The notes beneath the pieces are model-generated. The model was not told where the DNA came from and did no database searches. It was given only the letters and a program-made list of their open reading frames with translations. A DNA stretch of 64,000 bases. Source: Eledone cirrhosa (Eukaryota). The DNA is taken from assembly GCA_964016885.1 (NCBI GenBank), contig CAXHJY010001538.1, positions 14,250-78,249 on the forward strand, written 5' to 3'. This document shows positions 39,501-53,800 of the stretch, piece after piece. Position 1 is the first letter of the stretch. The number at the start of each line of letters is the position of its first letter. The position numbers and the translations under genes are program-made.

Positions 39501-42500
39501 CTAATCGTCATTTTTGGATTCGTTTTCTTCGAAGCACACCATTCGCCGGCGGACTTTGTTGACGTTTAACACGGTTTGGTTCCACAGCCACAACTATTGA
39601 TTTTACGGAGATATCTTGCTGAAATTCACGCCACACATAGCCAATGAGTGTCTGCACATGTACCAGTAATTACAGATCGATCCGACCACGGGCGGCCGGC
39701 CCGCGATTGAAAAGGTAAATCCGCCGGCTAATCGTCATTTTTGGATTCGTTTTCTTCGAAGCACACCATTCGCCGGCGGACTTTCTTGACGTTTAACACG
39801 GTTTGGTTCCACAGCCACAACTATTGATTTTACGGAGATATCTTGCTGAAATTCACGCCACACATAGCCAATGAGTGTCTGCACATGTACCAGTAATTAC
39901 AGATCGATCCGACCACGGGCGGCCGGCCCGCGATTGAAAAGGTAAATCCGCCGGCTAATCGTCATTTTTGGATTCGTTTTCTTCGAAGCACACCATTCGC
40001 CGGCGGACTTTGTTGACGTTTAACACGGTTTGGTTCCACAGCCACAACTATTGATTTTACGGAGATATCTTGCTGAAATTCACGCCACACATAGCCAATG
40101 AGTGTCTGCACATGTACCAGTAATTACAGATCGATCCGACCACGGGCGGCCGGCCCGCGATTGAAAAGGTAAATCCGCCGGCTAATCGTCATTTTTGGAT
40201 TCGTTTTCTTCGAAGCACACCATTCGCCGGCGGACTTTGTTGACGTTTAACACGGTTTGGTTCCACAACCACAACTATTGATTTTACGGAGATATGTTGC
40301 TGAAATTCACGCCACACATAGCCAATGAGTGTCTGCACATGTACCAGTAATTACAGATCGATCTGACCACGGACGGCCGGCCCGCGATTGAAAAGGTAAA
40401 TCCGCCGGCTAATCGTCATTTTTGGATTCATTTTCTTCGAAGCACACCATTCGCCGGCGGACTTTGTTGACGTTTAACACGGTTTGGTTCCACAGCCACA
40501 ACTATTGATTTTACGGAGATATCTGGCTGAAATTCACGCCACACATAGCCAATGAGTGTCTGCACCTGTACCAGTAATTACAGATCGATCCGACCACGGG
40601 CGGCCGACCCGCGATTAAAAAGGTAAATCCGCCGGCTAATCGTCATTTTTGGATTCGTTTTCTTCGAAGCACACCATTCGCCGGCGGACTTTGTTGACGT
40701 TTAACACGGTTTGGTTCCACAGCCACAACTATTGATTTTACGGAGATATCTTGCTGAAATTCACGCCACACATAGCCAATGAGTGTCTGCACATGTACCA
40801 GTAATTACAGATCGATCCGACCACGGACGGCCGGCCCGCGATTGAAAAGGTAAATCCGCCGGCTAATCGTCATTTTTGGATTCGTTTTCTTCGAAGCACA
40901 CCATTCGCCGGCGGACTTTGTTGACGGTTAACACGGTTTGGTTCCACAGCCACAACTATTGATTTTACGGAGATATCTTGCTGAAATTCACGCCACACAT
41001 AGCCAATGAGTGTCTGCACATGTACCAGTAATTACAGATCGATCCGACCACGGGCGGCCGGCCCGCGATTGAAAAGGTAAATCCGCCGGCTAATCGTCAT
41101 TTTTGGATTCGTTTTCTTCGAAGCACACCATTCGCCGGCGGACTTTGTTGACGTTTAACACGGTTTGGTTCCACAGCCACAACTATTGATTTTACGGAGA
41201 TATCTTGCTGAAATTCACGCCACACATAGCCAATGAGTGTCTGCACATGTACCAGTAATTACAGATCGATCCGACCACGGACGGCCGGCCCGCGATTGAA
41301 AAGGTAAATCCGCCGGCTAATCGTCATTTTTGGATTCGTTTTCTTCGAAGCACACCATTCGCCGGCGGACTTTCTTGACGTTTAACACGGTTTGGTTCCA
41401 CAGCCACAACTATTGATTTTACGGAGATATCTGGCTGAAATTCACGCCACACATAGCCAATGAGTGTCTGCACCTGTACCAGTAATTACAGATCGATCCG
41501 ACCACGGGCGGCCGGCCCGCGATTGAAAAGGTAAATCCGCCGGCTAATCGTCATTTTTGGATTCGTTTTCTTCGAAGCACACCATTCGCCGGCGGACTTT
41601 GTTGACGTTTAACACGGTTTGGTTCCACAGCCACAACTATTGATTTTACGGAGATATCTTGCTGAAATTCACGCCACACATAGCCAATGAGTGTCTGCAC
41701 ATGTACCAGTAATTACAGATCGATCCGACCACGGGCGGCCGGCCCGCGATTGAAAAGGTAAATCCGCCGGCTAATCGTCATTTTTGGATTCGTTTTCTTC
41801 GAAGCACACCATTCGCCGGCGGACTTTCTTGACGTTTAACACGGTTTGGTTCCACAGCCACAACTATTGATTTTACGGAGATATCTTGCTGAAATTCACG
41901 CCACACATAGCCAATGAGTGTCTGCACATGTACCAGTAATTACAGATCGATCCGACCACGGGCGGCCGGCCCGCGATTGAAAAGGTAAATCCGCCGGCTA
42001 ATCGTCATTTTTGGATTCGTTTTCTTCGAAGCACACCATTCGCCGGCGGACTTTGTTGACGTTTAACACGGTTTGGTTCCACAGCCACAACTATTGATTT
42101 TACGGAGATATCTTGCTGAAATTCACGCCACACATAGCCAATGAGTGTCTGCACATGTACCAGTAATTACAGATCGATCCGACCACGGACGGCCGGCCCG
42201 CGATTGAAAAGGTAAATCCGCCGGCTAATCGTCATTTTTGGATTCGTTTTCTTCGAAGCACACCATTCGCCGGCGGACTTTCTTGACGTTTAACACGGTT
42301 TGGTTCCACAGCCACAACTATTGATTTTACGGAGATATCTGGCTGAAATTCACGCCACACATAGCCAATGAGTGTCTGCACCTGTACCAGTAATTACAGA
42401 TCGATCCGACCACGGGCGGCCGGCCCGCGATTGAAAAGGTAAATCCGCCGGCTAATCGTCATTTTTGGATTCGTTTTCTTCGAAGCACACCATTCGCCGG

Positions 42501-45500
42501 CGGACTTTGTTGACGTTTAACACGGTTTGGTTCCACAGCCACAACTATTGATTTTACGGAGATATCTTGCTGAAATTCACGCCACACATAGCCAATGAGT
42601 GTCTGCACATGTACCAGTAATTACAGATCGATCCGACCACGGGCGGCCGGCCCGCGATTGAAAAGGTAAATCCGCCGGCTAATCGTCATTTTTGGATTCG
42701 TTTTCTTCGAAGCACACCATTCGCCGGCGGACTTTCTTGACGTTTAACACGGTTTGGTTCCACAGCCACAACTATTGATTTTACGGAGATATCTTGCTGA
42801 AATTCACGCCACACATAGCCAATGAGTGTCTGCACATGTACCAGTAATTACAGATCGATCCGACCACGGGCGGCCGGCCCGCGATTGAAAAGGTAAATCC
42901 GCCGGCTAATCGTCATTTTTGGATTCGTTTTCTTCGAAGCACACCATTCGCCGGCGGACTTTGTTGACGTTTAACACGGTTTGGTTCCACAGCCACAACT
43001 ATTGATTTTACGGAGATATCTTGCTGAAATTCACGCCACACATAGCCAATGAGTGTCTGCACATGTACCAGTAATTACAGATCGATCCGACCACGGGCGG
43101 CCGGCCCGCGATTGAAAAGGTAAATCCGCCGGCTAATCGTCATTTTTGGATTCGTTTTCTTCGAAGCACACCATTCGCCGGCGGACTTTGTTGACGTTTA
43201 ACACGGTTTGGTTCCACAACCACAACTATTGATTTTACGGAGATATGTTGCTGAAATTCACGCCACACATAGCCAATGAGTGTCTGCACATGTACCAGTA
43301 ATTACAGATCGATCTGACCACGGACGGCCGGCCCGCGATTGAAAAGGTAAATCCGCCGGCTAATCGTCATTTTTGGATTCATTTTCTTCGAAGCACACCA
43401 TTCGCCGGCGGACTTTGTTGACGTTTAACACGGTTTGGTTCCACAGCCACAACTATTGATTTTACGGAGATATCTTGCTGAAATTCACGCCACACATAGC
43501 CAATGAGTGTCTGCACATGTACCAGTAATTACAGATCGATCCGACCACGGGCGGCCGGCCCGCGATAGAAAAGGTAAATCCGCCGGCTAATCGTCATTTT
43601 TGGATTCGTTTTCTTCGAAGCACACCATTCGCCGGCGGACTTTCTTGACGTTTAACACGGTTTGGTTCCACAGCCACAACTATTGATTTTACGGAGATAT
43701 CTTGCTGAAATTCACGCCACACATAGCCAATGAGTGTCTGCACATGTACCAGTAATTACAGATCGATCCGACCACGGGCGGCCGGCCCGCGATTGAAAAG
43801 GTAAATCCGCCGGCTAATCGTCATTTTTGGATTCGTTTTCTTCGAAGCACACCATTCGCCGGCGGACTTTGTTGACGTTTAACACGGTTTGGTTCCACAA
43901 CCACAACTATTGATTTTACGGAGATATCTTGCTGAAATTCACGCCACACATAGCCAATGAGTGTCTGCACATGTACCAGTAATTACAGATCGATCCGACC
44001 ACGGGCGGCCGGCCCGCGATTGAAAAGGTAAATCCGCCGGCTAATCGTCATTTTTGGATTCGTTTTCTTCGAAGCACACCATTCGCCGGCGGACTTTGTT
44101 GACGTTTAACACGGTTTGGTTCCACAGCCACAACTATTGATTTTACGGAGATATCTTGCTGAAATTCACGCCACACATAGCCAATGAGTGTCTGCACATG
44201 TACCAGTAATTACAGATCGATCCGACCACGGGCGGCCGGCCCGCGATTGAAAAGGTAAATCCGCCGGCTAATCGTCATTTTTGGATTCGTTTTCTTCGAA
44301 GCACACCATTCGCCGGCGGACTTTGTTGACGTTTAACACGGTTTGGTTCCACAACCACAACTATTGATTTTACGGAGATATGTTGCTGAAATTCACGCCA
44401 CACATAGCCAATGAGTGTCTGCACATGTACCAGTAATTACAGATCGATCTGACCACGGACGGCCGGCCCGCGATTGAAAAGGTAAATCCGCCGGCTAATC
44501 GTCATTTTTGGATTCATTTTCTTCGAAGCACACCATTCGCCGGCGGACTTTGTTGACGTTTAACACGGTTTGGTTCCACAGCCACAACTATTGATTTTAC
44601 GGAGATATCTGGCTGAAATTCACGCCACACATAGCCAATGAGTGTCTGCACCTGTACCAGTAATTACAGATCGATCCGACCACGGGCGGCCGACCCGCGA
44701 TTAAAAAGGTAAATCCGCCGGCTAATCGTCATTTTTGGATTCGTTTTCTTCGAAGCACACCATTCGCCGGCGGACTTTGTTGACGTTTAACACGGTTTGG
44801 TTCCACAGCCACAACTATTGATTTTACGGAGATATCTTGCTGAAATTCACGCCACACATAGCCAATGAGTGTCTGCACATGTACCAGTAATTACAGATCG
44901 ATCCGACCACGGACGGCCGGCCCGCGATTGAAAAGGTAAATCCGCCGGCTAATCGTCATTTTTGGATTCGTTTTCTTCGAAGCACACCATTCGCCGGCGG
45001 ACTTTGTTGACGGTTAACACGGTTTGGTTCCACAGCCACAACTATTGATTTTACGGAGATATCTTGCTGAAATTCACGCCACACATAGCCAATGAGTGTC
45101 TGCACATGTACCAGTAATTACAGATCGATCCGACCACGGGCGGCCGGCCCGCGATTGAAAAGGTAAATCCGCCGGCTAATCGTCATTTTTGGATTCGTTT
45201 TCTTCGAAGCACACCATTCGCCGGCGGACTTTGTTGACGTTTAACACGGTTTGGTTCCACAGCCACAACTATTGATTTTACGGAGATATCTTGCTGAAAT
45301 TCACGCCACACATAGCCAATGAGTGTCTGCACATGTACCAGTAATTACAGATCGATCCGACCACGGACGGCCGGCCCGCGATTGAAAAGGTAAATCCGCC
45401 GGCTAATCGTCATTTTTGGATTCGTTTTCTTCGAAGCACACCATTCGCCGGCGGACTTTCTTGACGTTTAACACGGTTTGGTTCCACAGCCACAACTATT

Positions 45501-48500
45501 GATTTTACGGAGATATCTGGCTGAAATTCACGCCACACATAGCCAATGAGTGTCTGCACCTGTACCAGTAATTACAGATCGATCCGACCACGGGCGGCCG
45601 GCCCGCGATTGAAAAGGTAAATCCGCCGGCTAATCGTCATTTTTGGATTCGTTTTCTTCGAAGCACACCATTCGCCGGCGGACTTTGTTGACGTTTAACA
45701 CGGTTTGGTTCCACAGCCACAACTATTGATTTTACGGAGATATCTTGCTGAAATTCACGCCACACATAGCCAATGAGTGTCTGCACATGTACCAGTAATT
45801 ACAGATCGATCCGACCACGGGCGGCCGGCCCGCGATTGAAAAGGTAAATCCGCCGGCTAATCGTCATTTTTGGATTCGTTTTCTTCGAAGCACACCATTC
45901 GCCGGCGGACTTTCTTGACGTTTAACACGGTTTGGTTCCACAGCCACAACTATTGATTTTACGGAGATATCTTGCTGAAATTCACGCCACACATAGCCAA
46001 TGAGTGTCTGCACATGTACCAGTAATTACAGATCGATCCGACCACGGGCGGCCGGCCCGCGATTGAAAAGGTAAATCCGCCGGCTAATCGTCATTTTTGG
46101 ATTCGTTTTCTTCGAAGCACACCATTCGCCGGCGGACTTTGTTGACGTTTAACACGGTTTGGTTCCACAGCCACAACTATTGATTTTACGGAGATATCTT
46201 GCTGAAATTCACGCCACACATAGCCAATGAGTGTCTGCACATGTACCAGTAATTACAGATCGATCCGACCACGGACGGCCGGCCCGCGATTGAAAAGGTA
46301 AATCCGCCGGCTAATCGTCATTTTTGGATTCGTTTTCTTCGAAGCACACCATTCGCCGGCGGACTTTCTTGACGTTTAACACGGTTTGGTTCCACAGCCA
46401 CAACTATTGATTTTACGGAGATATCTGGCTGAAATTCACGCCACACATAGCCAATGAGTGTCTGCACCTGTACCAGTAATTACAGATCGATCCGACCACG
46501 GGCGGCCGGCCCGCGATTGAAAAGGTAAATCCGCCGGCTAATCGTCATTTTTGGATTCGTTTTCTTCGAAGCACACCATTCGCCGGCGGACTTTGTTGAC
46601 GTTTAACACGGTTTGGTTCCACAGCCACAACTATTGATTTTACGGAGATATCTTGCTGAAATTCACGCCACACATAGCCAATGAGTGTCTGCACATGTAC
46701 CAGTAATTACAGATCGATCCGACCACGGGCGGCCGGCCCGCGATTGAAAAGGTAAATCCGCCGGCTAATCGTCATTTTTGGATTCGTTTTCTTCGAAGCA
46801 CACCATTCGCCGGCGGACTTTCTTGACGTTTAACACGGTTTGGTTCCACAGCCACAACTATTGATTTTACGGAGATATCTTGCTGAAATTCACGCCACAC
46901 ATAGCCAATGAGTGTCTGCACATGTACCAGTAATTACAGATCGATCCGACCACGGGCGGCCGGCCCGCGATTGAAAAGGTAAATCCGCCGGCTAATCGTC
47001 ATTTTTGGATTCGTTTTCTTCGAAGCACACCATTCGCCGGCGGACTTTGTTGACGTTTAACACGGTTTGGTTCCACAACCACAACTATTGATTTTACGGA
47101 GATATCTTGCTGAAATTCACGCCACACATAGCCAATGAGTGTCTGCACATGTACCAGTAATTACAGATCGATCCGACCACGGGCGGCCGGCCCGCGATTG
47201 AAAAGGTAAATCCGCCGGCTAATCGTCATTTTTGGATTCGTTTTCTTCGAAGCACACCATTCGCCGGCGGACTTTGTTGACGTTTAACACGGTTTGGTTC
47301 CACAGCCACAACTATTGATTTTACGGAGATATCTTGCTGAAATTCACGCCACACATAGCCAATGAGTGTCTGCACATGTACCAGTAATTACAGATCGATC
47401 CGACCACGGGCGGCCGGCCCGCGATTGAAAAGGTAAATCCGCCGGCTAATCGTCATTTTTGGATTCGTTTTCTTCGAAGCACACCATTCGCCGGCGGACT
47501 TTGTTGACGTTTAACACGGTTTGGTTCCACAACCACAACTATTGATTTTACGGAGATATGTTGCTGAAATTCACGCCACACATAGCCAATGAGTGTCTGC
47601 ACATGTACCAGTAATTACAGATCGATCTGACCACGGACGGCCGGCCCGCGATTGAAAAGGTAAATCCGCCGGCTAATCGTCATTTTTGGATTCATTTTCT
47701 TCGAAGCACACCATTCGCCGGCGGACTTTGTTGACGTTTAACACGGTTTGGTTCCACAGCCACAACTATTGATTTTACGGAGATATCTGGCTGAAATTCA
47801 CGCCACACATAGCCAATGAGTGTCTGCACCTGTACCAGTAATTACAGATCGATCCGACCACGGGCGGCCGACCCGCGATTAAAAAGGTAAATCCGCCGGC
47901 TAATCGTCATTTTTGGATTCGTTTTCTTCGAAGCACACCATTCGCCGGCGGACTTTGTTGACGTTTAACACGGTTTGGTTCCACAGCCACAACTATTGAT
48001 TTTACGGAGATATCTTGCTGAAATTCACGCCACACATAGCCAATGAGTGTCTGCACATGTACCAGTAATTACAGATCGATCCGACCACGGACGGCCGGCC
48101 CGCGATTGAAAAGGTAAATCCGCCGGCTAATCGTCATTTTTGGATTCGTTTTCTTCGAAGCACACCATTCGCCGGCGGACTTTGTTGACGGTTAACACGG
48201 TTTGGTTCCACAGCCACAACTATTGATTTTACGGAGATATCTTGCTGAAATTCACGCCACACATAGCCAATGAGTGTCTGCACATGTACCAGTAATTACA
48301 GATCGATCCGACCACGGGCGGCCGGCCCGCGATTGAAAAGGTAAATCCGCCGGCTAATCGTCATTTTTGGATTCGTTTTCTTCGAAGCACACCATTCGCC
48401 GGCGGACTTTGTTGACGTTTAACACGGTTTGGTTCCACAGCCACAACTATTGATTTTACGGAGATATCTTGCTGAAATTCACGCCACACATAGCCAATGA

Positions 48501-50437
48501 GTGTCTGCACATGTACCAGTAATTACAGATCGATCCGACCACGGACGGCCGGCCCGCGATTGAAAAGGTAAATCCGCCGGCTAATCGTCATTTTTGGATT
48601 CGTTTTCTTCGAAGCACACCATTCGCCGGCGGACTTTCTTGACGTTTAACACGGTTTGGTTCCACAGCCACAACTATTGATTTTACGGAGATATCTGGCT
48701 GAAATTCACGCCACACATAGCCAATGAGTGTCTGCACCTGTACCAGTAATTACAGATCGATCCGACCACGGGCGGCCGGCCCGCGATTGAAAAGGTAAAT
48801 CCGCCGGCTAATCGTCATTTTTGGATTCGTTTTCTTCGAAGCACACCATTCGCCGGCGGACTTTGTTGACGTTTAACACGGTTTGGTTCCACAGCCACAA
48901 CTATTGATTTTACGGAGATATCTTGCTGAAATTCACGCCACACATAGCCAATGAGTGTCTGCACATGTACCAGTAATTACAGATCGATCCGACCACGGGC
49001 GGCCGGCCCGCGATTGAAAAGGTAAATCCGCCGGCTAATCGTCATTTTTGGATTCGTTTTCTTCGAAGCACACCATTCGCCGGCGGACTTTCTTGACGTT
49101 TAACACGGTTTGGTTCCACAGCCACAACTATTGATTTTACGGAGATATCTTGCTGAAATTCACGCCACACATAGCCAATGAGTGTCTGCACATGTACCAG
49201 TAATTACAGATCGATCCGACCACGGACGGCCGGCCCGCGATTGAAAAGGTAAATCCGCCGGCTAATCGTCATTTTTGGATTCGTTTTCTTCGAAGCACAC
49301 CATTCGCCGGCGGACTTTCTTGACGTTTAACACGGTTTGGTTCCACAGCCACAACTATTGATTTTACGGAGATATCTGGCTGAAATTCACGCCACACATA
49401 GCCAATGAGTGTCTGCACCTGTACCAGTAATTACAGATCGATCCGACCACGGGCGGCCGGCCCGCGATTGAAAAGGTAAATCCGCCGGCTAATCGTCATT
49501 TTTGGATTCGTTTTCTTCGAAGCACACCATTCGCCGGCGGACTTTGTTGACGTTTAACACGGTTTGGTTCCACAGCCACAACTATTGATTTTACGGAGAT
49601 ATCTTGCTGAAATTCACGCCACACATAGCCAATGAGTGTCTGCACATGTACCAGTAATTACAGATCGATCCGACCACGGGCGGCCGGCCCGCGATTGAAA
49701 AGGTAAATCCGCCGGCTAATCGTCATTTTTGGATTCGTTTTCTTCGAAGCACACCATTCGCCGGCGGACTTTGTTGACGTTTAACACGGTTTGGTTCCAC
49801 AGCCACAACTATTGATTTTACGGAGATATCTTGCTGAAATTCACGCCACACATAGCCAATGAGTGTCTGCACATGTACCAGTAATTACAGATCGATCCGA
49901 CCACGGGCGGCCGGCCCGCGATTGAAAAGGTAAATCCGCCGGCTAATCGTCATTTTTGGATTCGTTTTCTTCGAAGCACACCATTCGCCGGCGGACTTTG
50001 TTGACGTTTAACACGGTTTGGTTCCACAACCACAACTATTGATTTTACGGAGATATGTTGCTGAAATTCACGCCACACATAGCCAATGAGTGTCTGCACA
50101 TGTACCAGTAATTACAGATCGATCCGACCACGGGCGGCCGGCCCGCGATTGAAAAGGTAAATCCGCCGGCTAATCGTCATTTTTGGATTCGTTTTCTTCG
50201 AAGCACACCATTCGCCGGCGGACTTTGTTGACGTTTAACACGGTTTGGTTCCACAACCACAACTATTGATTTTACGGAGATATGTTGCTGAAATTCACGC
50301 CACACATAGCCAATGAGTGTCTGCACATGTACCAGTAATTACAGATCGATCTGACCACGGACGGCCGGCCCGCGATTGAAAAGGTAAATCCGCCGGCTAA
50401 TCGTCATTTTTGGATTCATTTTCTTCGAAGCACACCA
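36591..50437. repeat. 227-bp satellite HOR domain 1: irregular 12-18-monomer HOR with an internal 4-monomer (908-bp) block
   Basis: The marker monomer carrying T76G+A117C+G158A+G168A starts at 36591, 40450, 44536 and 47714. Each time it is followed by the same order: G151A, T24G, G151A, (G17C+T76G+A117C), consensus, G17C. Confidence 0.88.
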
Positions 50438-50891
50438 TTCGCCGGCGGACTTTGTTGACGTTTAACACGGTTTGGTTCCACAGCCACAACTATTGATTTT
50501 ACGGAGATATCTTGCTGAAATTCACGCCACACATAGCCAATGAGTGTCTGCACATGTACCAGTAATTACAGATCGATCCGACCACGGGCGGCCGGCCCGC
50601 GATAGAAAAGGTAAATCCGCCGGCTAATCGTCATTTTTGGATTCGTTTTCTTCGAAGCACACCATTCGCCGGCGGACTTTCTTGACGTTTAACACGGTTT
50701 GGTTCCACAGCCACAACTATTGATTTTACGGAGATATCTTGCTGAAATTCACGCCACACATAGCCAATGAGTGTCTGCACATGTACCAGTAATTACAGAT
50801 CGATCCGACCACGGGCGGCCGGCCCGCGATTGAAAAGGTAAATCCGCCGGCTAATCGTCATTTTTGGATTCGTTTTCTTCGAAGCACACCA

Positions 50892-53800
50892 TTCGCCGGC
50901 GGACTTTGTTGACGTTTAACACGGTTTGGTTCCACAACCACAACTATTGATTTTACGGAGATATGTTGCTGAAATTCACGCCACACATAGCCAATGAGTG
51001 TCTGCACATGTACCAGTAATTACAGATCGATCTGACCACGGACGGCCGGCCCGCGATTGAAAAGGTAAATCCGCCGGCTAATCGTCATTTTTGGATTCAT
51101 TTTCTTCGAAGCACACCATTCGCCGGCGGACTTTGTTGACGTTTAACACGGTTTGGTTCCACAGCCACAACTATTGATTTTACGGAGATATCTTGCTGAA
51201 ATTCACGCCACACATAGCCAATGAGTGTCTGCACATGTACCAGTAATTACAGATCGATCCGACCACGGGCGGCCGGCCCGCGATAGAAAAGGTAAATCCG
51301 CCGGCTAATCGTCATTTTTGGATTCGTTTTCTTCGAAGCACACCATTCGCCGGCGGACTTTGTTGACGTTTAACACGGTTTGGTTCCACAGCCACAACTA
51401 TTGATTTTACGGAGATATCTGGCTGAAATTCACGCCACACATAGCCAATGAGTGTCTGCACATGTACCAGTAATTACAGATCGATCCGACCACGGGCGGC
51501 CGGCCCGCGATTGAAAAGGTAAATCCGCCGGCTAATCGTCATTTTTGGATTCGTTTTCTTCGAAGCACACCATTCGCCGGCGGACTTTGTTGACGTTTAA
51601 CACGGTTTGGTTCCACAGCCACAACTATTGATTTTACGGAGATATCTTGCTGAAATTCACGCCACACATAGCCAATGAGTGTCTGCACATGTACCAGTAA
51701 TTACAGATCGATCCGACCACGGGCGGCCGGCCCGCGATTGAAAAGGTAAATCCGCCGGCTAATCGTCATTTTTGGATTCGTTTTCTTCGAAGCACACCAT
51801 TCGCCGGCGGACTTTCTTGACGTTTAACACGGTTTGGTTCCACAGCCACAACTATTGATTTTACGGAGATATCTTGCTGAAATTCACGCCACACATAGCC
51901 AATGAGTGTCTGCACATGTACCAGTAATTACAGATCGATCCGACCACGGGCGGCCGGCCCGCGATTGAAAAGGTAAATCCGCCGGCTAATCGTCATTTTT
52001 GGATTCGTTTTCTTCGAAGCACACCATTCGCCGGCGGACTTTGTTGACGTTTAACACGGTTTGGTTCCACAACCACAACTATTGATTTTACGGAGATATG
52101 TTGCTGAAATTCACGCCACACATAGCCAATGAGTGTCTGCACATGTACCAGTAATTACAGATCGATCTGACCACGGACGGCCGGCCCGCGATTGAAAAGG
52201 TAAATCCGCCGGCTAATCGTCATTTTTGGATTCATTTTCTTCGAAGCACACCATTCGCCGGCGGACTTTGTTGACGTTTAACACGGTTTGGTTCCACAGC
52301 CACAACTATTGATTTTACGGAGATATCTTGCTGAAATTCACGCCACACATAGCCAATGAGTGTCTGCACATGTACCAGTAATTACAGATCGATCCGACCA
52401 CGGACGGCCGGCCCGCGATTGAAAAGGTAAATCCGCCGGCTAATCGTCATTTTTGGATTCGTTTTCTTCGAAGCACACCATTCGCCGGCGGACTTTGTTG
52501 ACGGTTAACACGGTTTGGTTCCACAGCCACAACTATTGATTTTACGGAGATATCTTGCTGAAATTCACGCCACACATAGCCAATGAGTGTCTGCACATGT
52601 ACCAGTAATTACAGATCGATCCGACCACGGGCGGCCGGCCCGCGATTGAAAAGGTAAATCCGCCGGCTAATCGTCATTTTTGGATTCGTTTTCTTCGAAG
52701 CACACCATTCGCCGGCGGACTTTCTTGACGTTTAACACGGTTTGGTTCCACAGCCACAACTATTGATTTTACGGAGATATCTTGCTGAAATTCACGCCAC
52801 ACATAGCCAATGAGTGTCTGCACATGTACCAGTAATTACAGATCGATCCGACCACGGGCGGCCGGCCCGCGATTGAAAAGGTAAATCCGCCGGCTAATCG
52901 TCATTTTTGGATTCGTTTTCTTCGAAGCACACCATTCGCCGGCGGACTTTGTTGACGTTTAACACGGTTTGGTTCCACAACCACAACTATTGATTTTACG
53001 GAGATATGTTGCTGAAATTCACGCCACACATAGCCAATGAGTGTCTGCACATGTACCAGTAATTACAGATCGATCTGACCACGGACGGCCGGCCCGCGAT
53101 TGAAAAGGTAAATCCGCCGGCTAATCGTCATTTTTGGATTCATTTTCTTCGAAGCACACCATTCGCCGGCGGACTTTGTTGACGTTTAACACGGTTTGGT
53201 TCCACAGCCACAACTATTGATTTTACGGAGATATCTTGCTGAAATTCACGCCACACATAGCCAATGAGTGTCTGCACATGTACCAGTAATTACAGATCGA
53301 TCCGACCACGGGCGGCCGGCCCGCGATAGAAAAGGTAAATCCGCCGGCTAATCGTCATTTTTGGATTCGTTTTCTTCGAAGCACACCATTCGCCGGCGGA
53401 CTTTGTTGACGTTTAACACGGTTTGGTTCCACAGCCACAACTATTGATTTTACGGAGATATCTTGCTGAAATTCACGCCACACATAGCCAATGAGTGTCT
53501 GCACATGTACCAGTAATTACAGATCGATCCGACCACGGGCGGCCGGCCCGCGATTGAAAAGGTAAATCCGCCGGCTAATCGTCATTTTTGGATTCGTTTT
53601 CTTCGAAGCACACCATTCGCCGGCGGACTTTGTTGACGTTTAACACGGTTTGGTTCCACAACCACAACTATTGATTTTACGGAGATATGTTGCTGAAATT
53701 CACGCCACACATAGCCAATGAGTGTCTGCACATGTACCAGTAATTACAGATCGATCTGACCACGGACGGCCGGCCCGCGATTGAAAAGGTAAATCCGCCG

